Assembly: GCF_000143415.4 (NCBI RefSeq)
Contig: NW_003314265.1
Location: forward strand, 200,405-264,404
Length of the DNA stretch: 64,000 nucleotides
From: Selaginella moellendorffii
Lineage: Eukaryota > Plantae > Lycopodiophyta
Direction: 5' to 3'
Below the pieces are notes generated by a model. That model was not told the origin of the DNA, made no database searches, and saw only the letters and a list, made by a program, of their open reading frames with translations. Shown one piece after another: positions 1 to 12,810 of the stretch. Numbering within the stretch: position 1 is the stretch's first letter; the number at the start of each line of letters is the position of its first letter. Both the position numbers and the translations under genes were made by a program.

Positions 1-1169
1 ATAGCTTAAAAATAAATCTATATTTGATATATTGAAATTAGGGAAGATTTTATAACAAATATGCAGTTATAATTTTATTTTTATTTAAATGCAAAAAATT
101 TAATTTAGCTATAAGTTTTTTTACTACTGTTTTTAATTTAAATTTATTATTAAATCATAATAATTATAATTTTCTTTTTAAATTCTATTTCTAGTGATAA
201 ATATATTTACAATTAGTAGTATTTTTTATTTTAAAGTTACTTAAAATTCATCTTTAACTTCTTTATGAACATTAAAAGTTGAGCTATAAGTATAATATCT
301 TTTTAGAAAATACATAAATTAAAATTTATTATTTTTATATAAATATTTACATAACTTAGAATACACTTCCAGCCCTTTACTTAAAATTTTTTAAGTTTTT
401 AAATTTTATTTAAACATTCATTTACCATACTTATTGTATAAAAATATATTATAAAATAAATAATTTTTGATAATAATGTTATGAATATTTTCATTTTGAA
501 ATTGAAATAATATAAATATTAATTTATATTTTATTGGCTAAGGTTATACAATAATTAAATCTATTGTGTTTGTCTGATTTTGATATATACAATTATTTTT
601 ATTTCAATAAATATTTATTTAGTTTTGAAATAATATTTAATATATAGATATGAGTCAATGATGAATTATATATCTAATAGTAAACTTAAATTTTTTTGAT
701 GGGAATTTTGTTTTATAAATACATGTACGCATATATATGTATTACCTTGCCTAAATAATACTCTAATTATAGTACTAAAGCATATGAATTGTCCATTTAA
801 GATTAAATTTGGTACATCCAATCTTATATATAAATAAATCTATACCTTGATGAATATACCTATTTCTATATCTTGAACACTCACATTGCTGGAGGAGAGG
901 GGCATTACAATTTATCCCTAAAGGGCAAAACTTTTTAGTAGTTCTTTACTCTAGTATTTGGGATCTTGCCTTTTGTTTTTATTTGTTCATTCTTTTTTGC
1001 ATCTAGATTTGTATTATCTTTGTGCAAAATCTAGAATTCTAGCTATTATTATGCTTAGTTTTACTCTTTTTTCTAATCTTTAATGCATTTTCTTCTTTTA
1101 CCATGCCATGTTGTTACCAATCAAAGAGTATGTCACTTGAGGTTATTAATGCTACTTTGTTGGATTGAA

Positions 1170-2790
1170 TTATAAGATATAAATTCTTAAGCTTCAAAGT
1201 GGAGCCAAAAGGGTGGCACATAGTAGTGATCAAATTAGAAGTCCAACAAACGTAACATGTTTGGACCAAAAGCTCCAATTTGAAAAGTTCAAGAGCAAGA
1301 GTGAAACCCCAAACAAAGTGTTTAAAGGATGAGTATAAAACACTTGTTGAATGAATTTCTAAGAAGGGACATAAGAAGGACTAACATATGGTAAGTGTTA
1401 TAACATATGAAAGTGTTAAAAATGAGTCTAAAATGGAGTCCAAGAAGGAGTCCAAGATAGAATCCAATATGGACCCAAGACAAACCCGAGATAGAGCCCG
1501 AGATAAAGTCCAAGATGGACCCGAGATGGACTCGAGATGAAGTCCAAGATGGGCTTGAGATGGAATCCAAGATGGAGTCCAATATGAACTCAAGATGGAG
1601 TCTGAGATGGACTTGAGATAGAGTTTAAGATGGAGTCTGAGATAGACTCGAGATGTAGTCTGAAGTCAAATTCAAGATGGAGATTGAGATCGAGTCTAAG
1701 GTCGCATCCAAGGTCGAAGCCAAGACCAAGATCAAGACCAAGACCGAGACCGAGACCGAGTCCGACTTCTAGTCTAAATCCAAGTCCAAGTCTGAGGGTG
1801 AAAGCCCAAAGTGTTCATCTCCCAAACTCTAGGGGGTTTGGTGAGCTCCAAAAGTATAGTAAGGGGAGGACTCCAATGGAGTTAGTTTGGCCAAGAAAGA
1901 CCAATGTTACTAAGGAAGGCTATACTGATGTGTTGGGTGATGATATAACCACTAAGGAGTCCAAGGCTAAAGTGAACACAGACAGACAAGTAGGGTAACT
2001 TGGTGAAGTGTTCAAAAGCTGACTTTAACTCCCCTAGGAGATTAAATAGTTAATGTTCTCAATCCAAGTGTGGGTGGCATTACCTACTTGAATACCTAGT
2101 AAGGTTCATCAGAACCTCACTATAACCATATGGCTAGAGAACTTAAGAGTGGAAGGTGAAGAGAGTACTTAGGAGGCTTGCATAAGGCCACAGTGTTTTG
2201 AAATGTCATCCCAAAGTCACAGACTATGGAAAGGAAGAGGAGTAGTCCTCTGGTATAGTGACCAAGGATATGGTCACATGGTGAGGAAATCCTAGAGGCC
2301 AATAGGACTTAGTGGTTAAGCCTTTAGACCTTAACTCAGTGGCAATGTTGGAGAGCATGTCCATGGATGGAGAGGGATTTGGTGGGAATGGAAGAAAGGA
2401 CATTAGGGAAGATGTTCCCCATGTTTTGGGGCATCCTAAAGGTGCTGAAGTGTAGTCAATTGATGATCACTCATAAACGGATGACACAATCTTTAAAAGA
2501 CGGGACTGTGATGCAGATAGTCTTGGATTACTGATGTAACAAAGGTGAATGGGTATGGCTTTAGCATAACAGGATGATATGTCGATGGTACCTTTGGGTG
2601 TCGGTCATGGGATTGGATATATAGAGCACTTGGACCAAGTGCAAAAATTGAGTGGTATAGATGTCATTCATGGGGCTAGTATGTCTCTAAGTCAAGAATA
2701 AGATTTATAAAGTTTGTGAATGAGACTCTTCTAAATGGTCAAAGATATGGTTAAGCAGCTAAAGTAGAATGGAAAAATTAATTACTTATA
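1170..2790 (+). mobile_element. Solo-LTR-like insertion of the tandem-repeat-bearing LTR family, nested in element 1
   Basis: 1170-1420 is homologous to 20430-20660 and 2550-2790 is homologous to 21280-21523. Shared motif gggtgaaagcccaaag at ~1796. Boundaries approximate. Confidence 0.65.
1420..1795 (+). repeat. Degenerate 12-bp (AGATGGAGTCCA/G) array grading into a 6-bp (GAGACC/GAGTCC) array
   Basis: Directly visible periodic sequence. Confidence 0.9.
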
Positions 2791-5417
2791 CGAACTTTTG
2801 GTGCTGTGATGTGTGATCATGTTGGTGCTGCACACATCTTTGGTGTGTTGCCATCTCTAACTTTTGTAGGATGTAATTATATAGCTTATCCTATTCTTAG
2901 TGTTTTACCATCTCTCGTTGATGTGAAGCATAATTTATCGATTTGCAAGTTATGGATGATGCAATCCAATTCTTGGAGAATGTTTGAGGATCAAGTTTAT
3001 GGGAAGATGATATGTATGAGCTCAAATGGATTCTAGATCATTTTAACGAGCTTGATTATTATGGAGACAGCTTTGGAGATGAAGTGTAAATTTTGTGGAG
3101 TAGGTATCAATATTTCAATTTACCATTTAATCTTTTTGTCTTTACCTTTGCTCTTTCCCAACCTTTTTTTATTTTTCGACCTAAGCCACCTTCTCATAGT
3201 TCTAGTATTTTTTCCACATATGTAGTGTTTTCTTCTCCTGGCACGTCGATCATTTGTGACTTTGATAATTCTCATTTTCAGTTTAGTGTTGAGTTGAGTG
3301 TTTTCTGTCCTCCTCATACTAATCTAAATGTTAAATATGTGCATGAAATTGAGAATCTTAATTTTGTTATATTGGCAAAGTTTTTGATTAATTCTTGTGT
3401 TAAGTATTCCCTTATTCCAAAGGTTGAGTCACTTTAGCTAAAGTTTCAAGTTGAATACATGTCCCCATTTGTGAGTGCTGCTAAAAGTCTTTGCTTTACC
3501 GTTGTTGCTGAGGAGTTTATATATTCCCTTGAGCATTTAGATGTTGTTATTAATTTTCCCATCTCAAATATTGAGTTGTGTATTAAGGAGGTTGAGTGGT
3601 ATGAATCTTTTACTTATATTGTGATGGCTAAAGTATTTTATGATAGGAAGTCTTATATTTTCCAAGTTTTGAGCATATATCCTTCTTTTGATTTCCTTAT
3701 ATTTGTATTGCTAGCTGCTGCAAGTTCTTCTTTTAATGTTTCTTTATCCACTTTTTCTTCTTCCACAATGGTTTTTCTTCAATTTTTCTCATTTTATCTT
3801 TTTTACCCCAATATTTCAAATATTTTTTTCTTTGGAGGAGTGGGTAGAGGGGACAGATGGGAGTCTGGCCCTAACGATGGAGTGAGGATAAATGGATACA
3901 ATAGTAAAGCGAGGATGAACGACATGAATTCTGGAGTAAGGACGAATATAGCAAGTCTGAATGGAACATCTAGCCCCAACATAGTGAGGTGGAATAGATA
4001 TAATAGTGGAGTGAGGTTAAACATAGATAATAGAATGAAGACAAGTGTAATGGAGCTAATGCTACAAATTTTCTTTCCTTCAACAAAGGGATAAGGAGGA
4101 TGTGAAGGACAAACTGAATGAGTCCGACCTCCCATATGGAGTGTTAAATGAGAACAATGGTTGTTCTATTTATGCTCCTAAGTCTGAGTTAATGGTGGTC
4201 TTGAAGAATTGTCAATAAGCAAACTTAAAAACAAGATATATTATTTACTACAATGGTGCTTTATGGATTATAATGACTTTCAAAGTCTCTTGTTTCAATT
4301 CAAAGTTATGATTATGTTGTTGGTTTGAGCATTTAGGAGTTGTATATGAAGTTGCAACTAGTTCACTAAAATTCTGTAATCGGTTGATGCTTATGCTATG
4401 GTTTTGGGTTTTATTTCAGTTAAGGTTATTAGCAAATTTGTTGGTGGTTTTGTGGAAGTTTCAAATTCTTATGGTAATTTATAATCACCAGCAGAAGTTC
4501 CAAATGTTCCACTTGACTTATTATCATCACTTTTTCACTTTCTGAAAGGGATGGAATGTTTATATATATATATGTATGTATTACCCTACCTAAGTAATAT
4601 ATTAATTATAGTACTAAAGTATATGGACTGTCCATTTAGAATTGAATTTTGTTCATTCATTCTTGTATATAAGTAGGGGTCTAAACCCCAATTAATATAT
4701 CTATTTCTATACTCATAAAATAATATTATAAAACAAAATATATATTTTATAATATATGATATTTATATGTCAAATAATAAAATATATATAAAATGACAAA
4801 AAATGACATGGTGTGGTCTACTAAGAAATTGTGTAAATATTTTTATATTTTTATTTTTATTATTGAAATTTATCTAATTATGATAAAATAAAATTATAAT
4901 CATATTATTTTTTTCAAATTATAAAAATATCCTTGGAAGAAAGTATTACAAACTTCAATAAGATCAGGGAGAACAATATTTCTTGTTTTGATTGGTTGAC
5001 TTGATGTTTAAATTTCATTTACCACATTCTTCCAACTTTGTGACATATTTGTACAATCCAGCTTTACATATCATATTTCTTGGTGCAGAAGCTACTCGTG
5101 TTATGGTATTAAGTTTTACCTTTTGACACAGGAAAGCTTGCTTTGGGAAACCAAGAGGTGGTAGTATGGCCGACGGATCTGTCAATAAAAACAATTTTGT
5201 CATTTTCACTCTTAACCTGATTACAGTACGTATTATGATAAACATCGTTTAGTCCCAGAGAGACATGAGGCACGACACAGATGGGATGCCAAAGAGACAG
5301 GAGGTTAGTTGTCATTCCTTGTCCTTGAGCAGCTTAGACAAGTTTTCAAATCAGTACGAGCTAATCACCTAAGCAGGCAAAATCTAAAGAGGAAAAACCG
5401 AACGAAAAAGAAAAGAA

Positions 5418-6947
5418 TCAGGAGTGAGTCACCAAACTAGGAGCAGCGGCAGCACTGGCAACACCAGCTCCATTAGCACTGACAATCCCATTGTTGCTGT
5501 TGTTGTAGTTGGATGTGGTTGTGGTGGTGGTGGTGGCGATGGTGTTGATGTTAGCATTGTTATTGTTGGTGGTGGTGGTGTTGTTGCTATTGTTGTTTCT
5601 CGTGTGATTGTGCTCGCCTTCATAAGTCACGATCAACATTGAAGGGTCTTCCAGGGATCGCTCGACGTGCTTCCGGGCCGGGCATCCCCTCATGCTGCTG
5701 CACTTGTAATACCCCCTGAAAAGAAAAAAAATTTAAAGCTGGGAGAAAAGTCGAACCAGTTGATAGAAAAACTCGAGCACGAAAGACTTGTAGAAAAGTT
5801 TCTAGCATGGCAACAAACGAGTAGTGGCAGTACGAAAACATAACAAGAAGCGACTGACCAACAAACCAATATATTTACATACCTTGGGTGCGGAGAGCCC
5901 TTGATTGGCTTTTGTCCATACTTTCGCCAAGAGTAATCGTCCGGAGGAATATCGGCCAGCTTGTTGCTGATTGCAGGAACTGTGATGGTCCTCTTCACCC
6001 TCAGCTTCCTGTTGCGAACGAAAAGAATGGTTTCGTTTAAGAGGACAAGCGTCGTAAGCGAACGGAGAAAAACCACATTACCGCCGTTTGGAGCAATGGC
6101 ACTTGAGCGTTGCACACTTGATACCGAGCTCCTCATGCTTTCCCACGCACTTCCTCCTGGAAACGTTGGAGCCATTGCTCTGGCTCATCGGTGGGAGCAG
6201 CCCAAATAACGAGCCAGCTTTTACGTCACCGCTGCTTGTCGTGGCATTGTTGGTAACGGCGTTGTTGTTGCTGATTGCGTGAGGATGGTGGTGGAGGTGG
6301 TGATGATCCTGCTGCATGCTTAGCGACGACATATACGAGCGCGATCCCATCGAATTCTCCAGGTTGAATACCTGGTTTTTCTTGGCCTGGAACATCATCT
6401 CGGCCTGCTGCTGCTGCTGCTGCTGCTGGATCAATCTGTGCCTCTCTTCCTCCACCGCTCGCCTGTGCATTGCCACCGCCAGAGCGTTTTGCTGCCGGAG
6501 GCTCAAATCCGTGGACGAGGATGGTCCGCCAGCTTGATGCTGCTGGGAGAGATGGCGATGGTGGATTTCATCGGGATGGATTTGCTGCTTCATCGGGCGG
6601 TAGTGGCCGGCGGCGCTGGAGGAGTCCACGAATGCATGCTCGTATCCCGCCAGAGACGATGTCTGTCCCTTGGGCCCCTTTCGGAACCTTGCATGGCCTT
6701 TGGTCCTTCCCAGCAAGCTCGACACCTTTCGAAAGCTTGCGATGGCCGACGAGGCCGCGGCGCTGCCCTCTGGATTCAAGCCCAGCTTGAGCGAGGAGGC
6801 GGAGGAGGAATCGCCATCGTCTTTGCGGTGGCGCTGCTGGTCGGCCAGGAACTGGAGGAGCTCCTGGACGTTTGCCAGCCCCGACCTGGCCGCCTCCTCG
6901 ATTTGCCGGTCTCTCTCGGACGAGCACCTGTACTGAAGAACTTCCAT
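5418..6947 (-). CDS. WRKY: WRKY transcription factor, group IId; exons 6947-6082, 6008-5883, 5715-5418
   Basis: GHARFRKGP (HARF) motif, plant Zn-cluster [34 protein letters not shown]|[19 protein letters not shown]...YEGEHNH. GT-AG introns restore the frame. Confidence 0.95.
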
Positions 6948-8256
6948 TCCCTCTAATGCTCTTATGCTTCGATCGCAAGGAAAGACGATCGATCCGATCA
7001 GCTACCCATGGACACGCTTTGGAGAGAGAAAGGAAGAGGGGGGCGCTTACCCTCCACTTAGTCGACACGCCATCCTCTCGAGGACGTTTTGGACTTGAAT
7101 TCGACCCCTGGGATTTGGCAGTATCGAGGACGACTTGTTCGTGGAAGAGCAGCAGGTAGCTAGGATTGGATCGATTGTACAAAGTCAAGCACGTGAAGCG
7201 ATTGAGAAGCTGCGGCACGCTGCTTCTGGGATCTCTTCGCTCCGACAGGGGCAGAAGGTTGAAGAAGATGAGAGGACGGAGAAGAAGAGGAAGGAACAAC
7301 AAGAAGAAGGGGCGAAGCAAGGGAGGAATTTAAAGACGAGACAGTCTCAGCCGCGACTAGAGCGCTCCTAGATGACGACGACGAAGCAGTCGTCAATCAT
7401 CCACAGTAGGGGCGACGCGAGAAAAGAAGAAAGAAGGAAGGTGAAGAAGAACCAAAGTGCCGTGGCGTGCCCCACAAACGACAATGTGACGATAAGAAAC
7501 GGCCCTTCTTTTCCTCTTCCAAAACACTCTTCCTCTTTCCCCTCACTGATCGACCCCTGCGTGACAAACGGAGCAAATCCCTGGAATTTGCGAAGAACCC
7601 ACCACGCACAGCAGCCGAAGAATCGAGCCCATCAAGCACTCGTCATCGCCCACCAAGCGTGCAAGCCTGGATTCCCCCCTTCGTCTTCGTCAATTCCCCC
7701 TTCCCTCCTCTCTCTCCTCCTCGCGTCGCGTGCTGTGCTATGCGATCCCCCGGACCCAATGGGTAAATGGATAGGAAAGGGGGCGATCGATCCAATCCAG
7801 CGAGCACAGCGCGCAGTAGCAGTGCGAGGAACTTAGTACACAGCGCACAGAGAACCATGTAAGTCACAGACAACAGACACTTCACTTGGAACTTGGAAGG
7901 AAGAGAGATCGACTTCTTTCCGCCCAACGCAGGGAATTTTGGTCGGCCCAGATCGCACCGGCTTTGACGGTGGGATCGCGGGCCTCTGACGGGCCGTTGC
8001 CGTGTCCGTCCGTACGGCTTCTCTTCCTCTCGTAACAAATATTCCCCCCATTTTCCAAATCGTTTGTTTTGTCGCCATGCGTTTCCGTGTGTTTTTAAAC
8101 GGCCCGGCGGTGCGTCATGGCCCACCGGTCAGCCGTACGGACGGTCAAAAGGGCCAAAAACGAGCTGGGCTGACCGTTTACTAGGGTGGACTAAAAGTCA
8201 AAGATACCAGCATATAATTTCAGGAAAAAAAAAACGAGAGAGGGAGTGCGCACCAC

Positions 8257-10487
8257 TTAGGCACTACCATTGGCTTGCGCAGCGCCTCCAAAGGCACTGG
8301 AGAGCCAGCCCTGTGCCTTGGCCTCGTCCACGAACCCCTGGAACTTACTCTTGGCGTCGGGGATGTCGAGCGCGAGGTCGTCGATATAGTCCGCCACCCT
8401 GCCGAATCCCTTCACCATCTGGCTCGTCGTGATAAGCCCCTCGCTGGAGCACTCGCGGAGGAAGCACAGCGGCCGCGCGCTCTTCCTCTCCATGGCCATC
8501 ACCAGCGCGCGCTTCACCACCTCGTGGTGGAAGTATGGCATGGCCAGGTCGCGCACGCACTGGCACGCCTCCCCCATGTCGCCGCCGCTCTCAAACTCCT
8601 CGAGCAGCTTGGCAATCTTGTCCTTGGCGTCGTCCAGCACCGCGCGGCCCGTGCCGCCTCCCCAGCAGCGCAGGATCCGCTCCCCAGCGTGCCGCGCCGC
8701 CAGGATGGACTCGGCCGAGTGGACGATCTCTTTTCCCAGAGACCCCTCCGGCAGCTGCTCGTTGATCTCCTCCAGGTAGAGCGGCGGGAGTATGTCGTCC
8801 ACCACCGCGCGGTCAAGGAAGTAAGCGAGCTGGTTGGCGGCGTCCGGGATGTCCAGGGCCGTGTCCTCGGCCGACTCGAGCAGCATCGTGAACGCCTTTC
8901 CAATCTGCCCCACCGGGATCACCTCCGCGTAGAGAGCCGACAGGAGCACCGACGCCATCTCCTTCTCCCGGTTCTTCCTGTCCATGGCCAGGGTGATGAG
9001 CTTCTTGACGAACACCGCGTTGAAGTCCGGGGCTGCCAGGTCCTCGAGGCTCCGCACCACCTCCGCTATGTCGTCGGACAAAAAGTACTCCTGGATGATC
9101 CCGGTGGCCTTCTGCTTGAAGACATGAGCATCGTCGACGGCGGTGTCACCGTTTGCTGCAGCACCATCGTCGTTGGAAGCAGCGGCGGCAGCAGCAGCAG
9201 CAGAAGCAGCAGCGGGAGTGACGAACGAGGAGCTGAGCCAGCCAGCGGACATGGCCTTGGCTGCGAGGTCCTCGAGAATCTCACGGGCCTGCGGGACGTC
9301 CAGCGAGAGGTCCTCCAGCGCGTCGAAAACGCGGGAGAAGCCTTTGGACATCTGGTTGGAGGAGATGAGACCCTCGTCGGCGCACTCCTGGAGGAGGGAC
9401 ACGATCCCGGCCTCGGCACTCTTCTTCTCAATCACCAGAGTCAGGGCCTTCTTGACCACCTCGTGGTGGAAGAAAGGCACGTTGAGCTCTCGGATGCAGC
9501 GGCGGGCCTCGGCCTGGTCCCCGCTCTCCACGTACTCCTTCAGCAGGTCGGTGATCTTGCGCTTCACTTCCTCGACGGTGGTCTGGGTACTGCCACCCCA
9601 GCGTCGCTCGACGACCTCTGCATGCAGCGGCGCGTTGAGGTAGCTCTTCTCGGCGTTTTGGAGAACCTCGAGGCCCTTGGAGCCGTCCGGTAACACAGCC
9701 TGCGTCTTGGACAAGAATGCCGGCGGGAGAATGTCGTCCACCACTGCTCGAGCAAGAAAAAGTGCCAGGACGTCGGTAGCATCCGGAATGTCAAGCGCCA
9801 AGTCGTCCGCCGACTCGAGCAGTTTGGTAAATCCCTTGGCTAACTGGTCCGGCTCCATCACGTCGGCGTAGAGGGCCGACAGTAGAACCGACGCCATCTC
9901 CTTCTCCCTGTCGTGCCTGTCCAGCGCCATGGAAATCAGCCTCTTGACGAAGTAGTGATGGTAGCTCGGCGAGCCGAGGTCTCGCAAATCTGTGGCCGCG
10001 TCCGCGACGTTGCCAGTAGCAAAATATTCCTCCACTATATATACAACCTTCTCTTTGTACACTTGTAACGACTGAGCGACGTGAGCACCGATCAGATGGT
10101 ATGGTTCCTGCAAGAAAAGAACGTTTTTTTTTTTGGTAAGGGCTTGAGAAAAAGAGACTTTTTATCAGCATACCTCTCCACTGTCATAGTTAGGATCGTT
10201 TCGATCAATAAGAACCCTCTTGCTACCATCTTCCATGACGGATCCCCAAGTCCCCTTGCCACCACTGCCACCTACATGCCAAAACACAGTTCCAAGTTAT
10301 TGCCTACCTACAAGGAAAGCATACCCTTTTTAGGTCGCCCATTCTTCCCCGAATGCGATTTCCTCTCGTGGTGCTTCCCCGACGCCGCCCTCGGCGACAG
10401 CAGCTCCGCGGAGCTCTCGCGGGTCAGCGACGCCGATTTCATCAGCTTGCGCTGCTCATCTGTGAGAAATCCCGCCGTCTCCGCCAT
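8257..10487 (-). CDS. MA3-domain translation regulator (PDCD4/MRF-like); exons 10487-10325, 10271-10174, 10107-8257
   Basis: GGSGGKGTWG and DRNDPNYDSGEEPY, followed by four MA3 repeats (EEYF/EY...FFHHEVVKKAL, DLALDIPDA). Confidence 0.93.
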
Positions 10488-10990
10488 CGCTGCCGCGAGA
10501 TCCTTCACCTATCTGTACAATGCAGGGCAGCCGAGGTGCACCGCGCGAGGCGATTCGCGAGCTCGAGATCTCTTCTCACAGCCGCCGCCTTACCATAGAG
10601 CGCTAGCAAACCCTAGCAGCCAAGATCTTGACAAGCTGACACATATATACTGTACGCCCAATGGATGATGCATATCCATGGCCTTGTCACTCGCGAGAAT
10701 AGAACGCCTAACGTGGTGGGCCGCTGCATTGCCTGGGAATCGAACCAGAGATCCCTATGGCTACCCTAAAGCTACTCCCCAGGAATCGAGCGCGCAACCG
10801 CCGGTGGTCACCTTTGACCAGATCTGACGGCTGTCTAATTTTCCCGTTTGCGCGACCGTTTCACACAAACCTCACCTTTTTCTCTCTCTTTCTCGCTCGC
10901 TCGCTCCTCCACATCTAGGGTTTTGGTAGGAGTTTTAGCTGTTATGGATTCTTGATGCTCGGAGCGCATCAAGAATCAATCGATCGAGCT

Positions 10991-11653
10991 ATGGGATTCG
11001 TGGAGAATGCCTACAATGTGCTCTCGCCCTCGTCTCTAGCGTCTTGGCCCGCCTCGGCATCCACATTGCAAGAAGAGGGCGCCAAGAATCCTAGCGCCGA
11101 CAAGACTATCGACGAGCAGCGCCCGCGGCATCAGCAGCAGCATCAGCATCAGCAGCAGCAGGTGATTGCTCTCGATTGCAAGAGCTGGATTCTCGATTGC
11201 CTCGGCGGTCTGAGGAGGAGGCGGAGCAAGGACGCCAAGAACGCCAAGAACAGCTCCTCCAAGGACCATCACCACCACGGCAGCGGCTACGAGAGGCCGC
11301 CAAAGTGGAAGCAGGCGATTCGCAAGTGGCGGGCCGAGGCCAGGAAGATCCAATCGTCGTGTTACGACTCAATGTGCGTAGATCCACAGCCGCCGCTCCA
11401 CCACTACAAGACGGAGAGCTACGAGAGGAACTTCGATCGGGGCAGGGAGTACTGGGCGGATCTTCCCTTTCTCGACATATCCCCATTTTGCTCGCCCGGA
11501 TCCGTCAGCAATCGGATGCATTGCTACTCTTCTTCTGCGATGATCCAGCAGCAGCACGGCCATTGCTGGGTCGATCTTCACCAAGAGCAGGAGCAGGACC
11601 GCAATGGAGATGACATGGTTTGGCAGAGAAACGAGCATTGTCATCTTGGTTGA
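10991..11653 (+). CDS. Uncharacterised plant protein with W-x-Q-x-x-R-K-x-R-A and SYERNFDRG motifs (paralog of 27904-28443)
   Basis: GC-rich intronless ORF with ATG at 10991. Motif blocks are conserved with 27904-28443 and resemble the YDxxSYxxNFDxG motif of a plant family of unknown function (recalled, not searched). Confidence 0.75.
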   Translation: MGFVENAYNVLSPSSLASWPASASTLQEEGAKNPSADKTIDEQRPRHQQQHQHQQQQVIALDCKSWILDCLGGLRRRRSKDAKNAKNSSSKDHHHHGSGYERPPKWKQAIRKWRAEARKIQSSCYDSMCVDPQPPLHHYKTESYERNFDRGREYWADLPFLDISPFCSPGSVSNRMHCYSSSAMIQQQHGHCWVDLHQEQEQDRNGDDMVWQRNEHCHLG

Positions 11654-12634
11654 TTGATCATTCTTTCTTTTCTTTTTATTTGTGAGGCTAGGTGCTTTGA
11701 TCTTTTCATCACTGAATTTGGAATCTGGAGTTAGTTGTGATTTTTCTGAGACTTTTAACAATGGCTGATGGATTGGATTGAATCATTCATCTGGCAACCA
11801 TGATGGAGATTCGTCACGCACTGCTGCGAGGATTTCATTGTCAACTCTGATGGGCATTGAATGCCGCACAAGAAAAATCCTTTGGGTGCCAGTACTGAAA
11901 TTTGTAGCTTGCACCCCTAGGAAGACTTCGCTTTCCTATTAAAAATCATTATTCATTTAGTATTCGAAGAAGAATAATATTAAAATATTCACAAATTTGT
12001 AAAGCATATTTTTAGAATATACAAGCAATCTATAATAATAAGAAATATGAATCATACTAGCAATTGTCCAGAAATACTCAGAGATTAGTAGAGATTAAAG
12101 TTAATAGAGATAGACACTGAAAGACAAGTATATGTTAATCAACTGAAAAATAACACTTCTTATGCAGTTTTAAAAGGTAAATAATAGTCAAGAAAAACAC
12201 TAAATAGAAAAATAATTTACACCTATTATAGGTGGAAAAACTTCATAATTTATTTAAATCCTTAAAGCCAAAGTGTATATTTACCAATGAGTGAAGTTTG
12301 CAACTTAAGTAGTATCCTTTTAGTTGTGAGTAAAATATATGTAAAATTATATTAATTCAAAATAATATTTGAATTGCAATATTTTTAAAATGTTTTACAT
12401 AAATAAACATGGTAAAAAATTCCATTTTGCAATAAGGATTTTCTTATAAACATTCTATCACATTGTGGAATCAATTAATTTCATCTTATATTATTGTTAT
12501 ATGTCAAATATATGATTATGAGCTATACACTCACACTATCATTTTAAAAGTATAAAATTATATATATTTATAAAGCATTTTCAAAATTTTAAATATATTT
12601 TTGAGCTAATAAAAATTAAAGATATATTACATAT

Positions 12635-12810
12635 TGTGAGTGCTTGGAATGTGGAAAGGGAATACAGAAAATATACATATCAATTAGCCCAAAAACCCTA
12701 GGTTATATACAAGAGCAAGTGGTTTAAATTGAAATTAATCTGACGGTTACTAAAATCCCACTATGCTAATATTAGTATACAGCATCGTAACCGTACATTT
12801 GGCCCTCACA
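12635..12810 (-). repeat. 3' LTR of element A (176 bp)
   Basis: TG...CA termini with 6-bp inverted ends, adjacent polypurine tract, and a matching start at 22671. Confidence 0.85.

Larger units (their letters stand above)
709..4717 (+). mobile_element. Decayed short-LTR Ty3/gypsy-related retrotransposon (element 1)
   Basis: Direct repeats at 709-885 (TGTT...CTCACA) and 4557-4717 share 'tatgtattacc..cctaa.taata..taattatagtactaaag.atatg.a.tgtccattta'. Degenerate PBS tgctggaggagaggggca at 887-904 and purine tract gaaagggatggaa before 4557. Gag-like remnant near 3000-3100. No intact ORF and no clear TSD. Confidence 0.7.

Noticed and set aside
1-700. Extremely AT-rich tracts (also 4720-4920 and 11940-12630)
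   Set aside because: No termini, TSDs or ORFs that I could identify; probably old TE debris.
1420-1795. CRISPR-like periodicity
   Set aside because: Contiguous degenerate units with no unique spacers, in a eukaryotic context.
1322-1998. Ser/Arg/Pro-rich ORFs (also 17195-17670 and 20715-21286)
   Set aside because: They are translations of 6/12-bp tandem arrays in LTRs. Unit lengths divisible by 3 keep frames open by chance.
3459-4094. 211-aa ORF
   Set aside because: Lies within a decayed retroelement, is AT-rich and has no domain signature.
5490-5600. (GGT/GTT)n microsatellite
   Set aside because: Ordinary poly-Asn/Thr low-complexity tail of the WRKY protein.
8806-8830. MA3 repeat variant FLDRAVVDD versus FLARAVVDD
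   Set aside because: A single substitution that could be polymorphism or sequencing error; cannot be evaluated here.
8275-9693. Long antisense or alternate-frame ORFs over GC-rich genes (also 28525-29277, 32086-33171, 47313-48347)
   Set aside because: Shadow ORFs caused by high GC3 codon usage, with no recognisable motifs.
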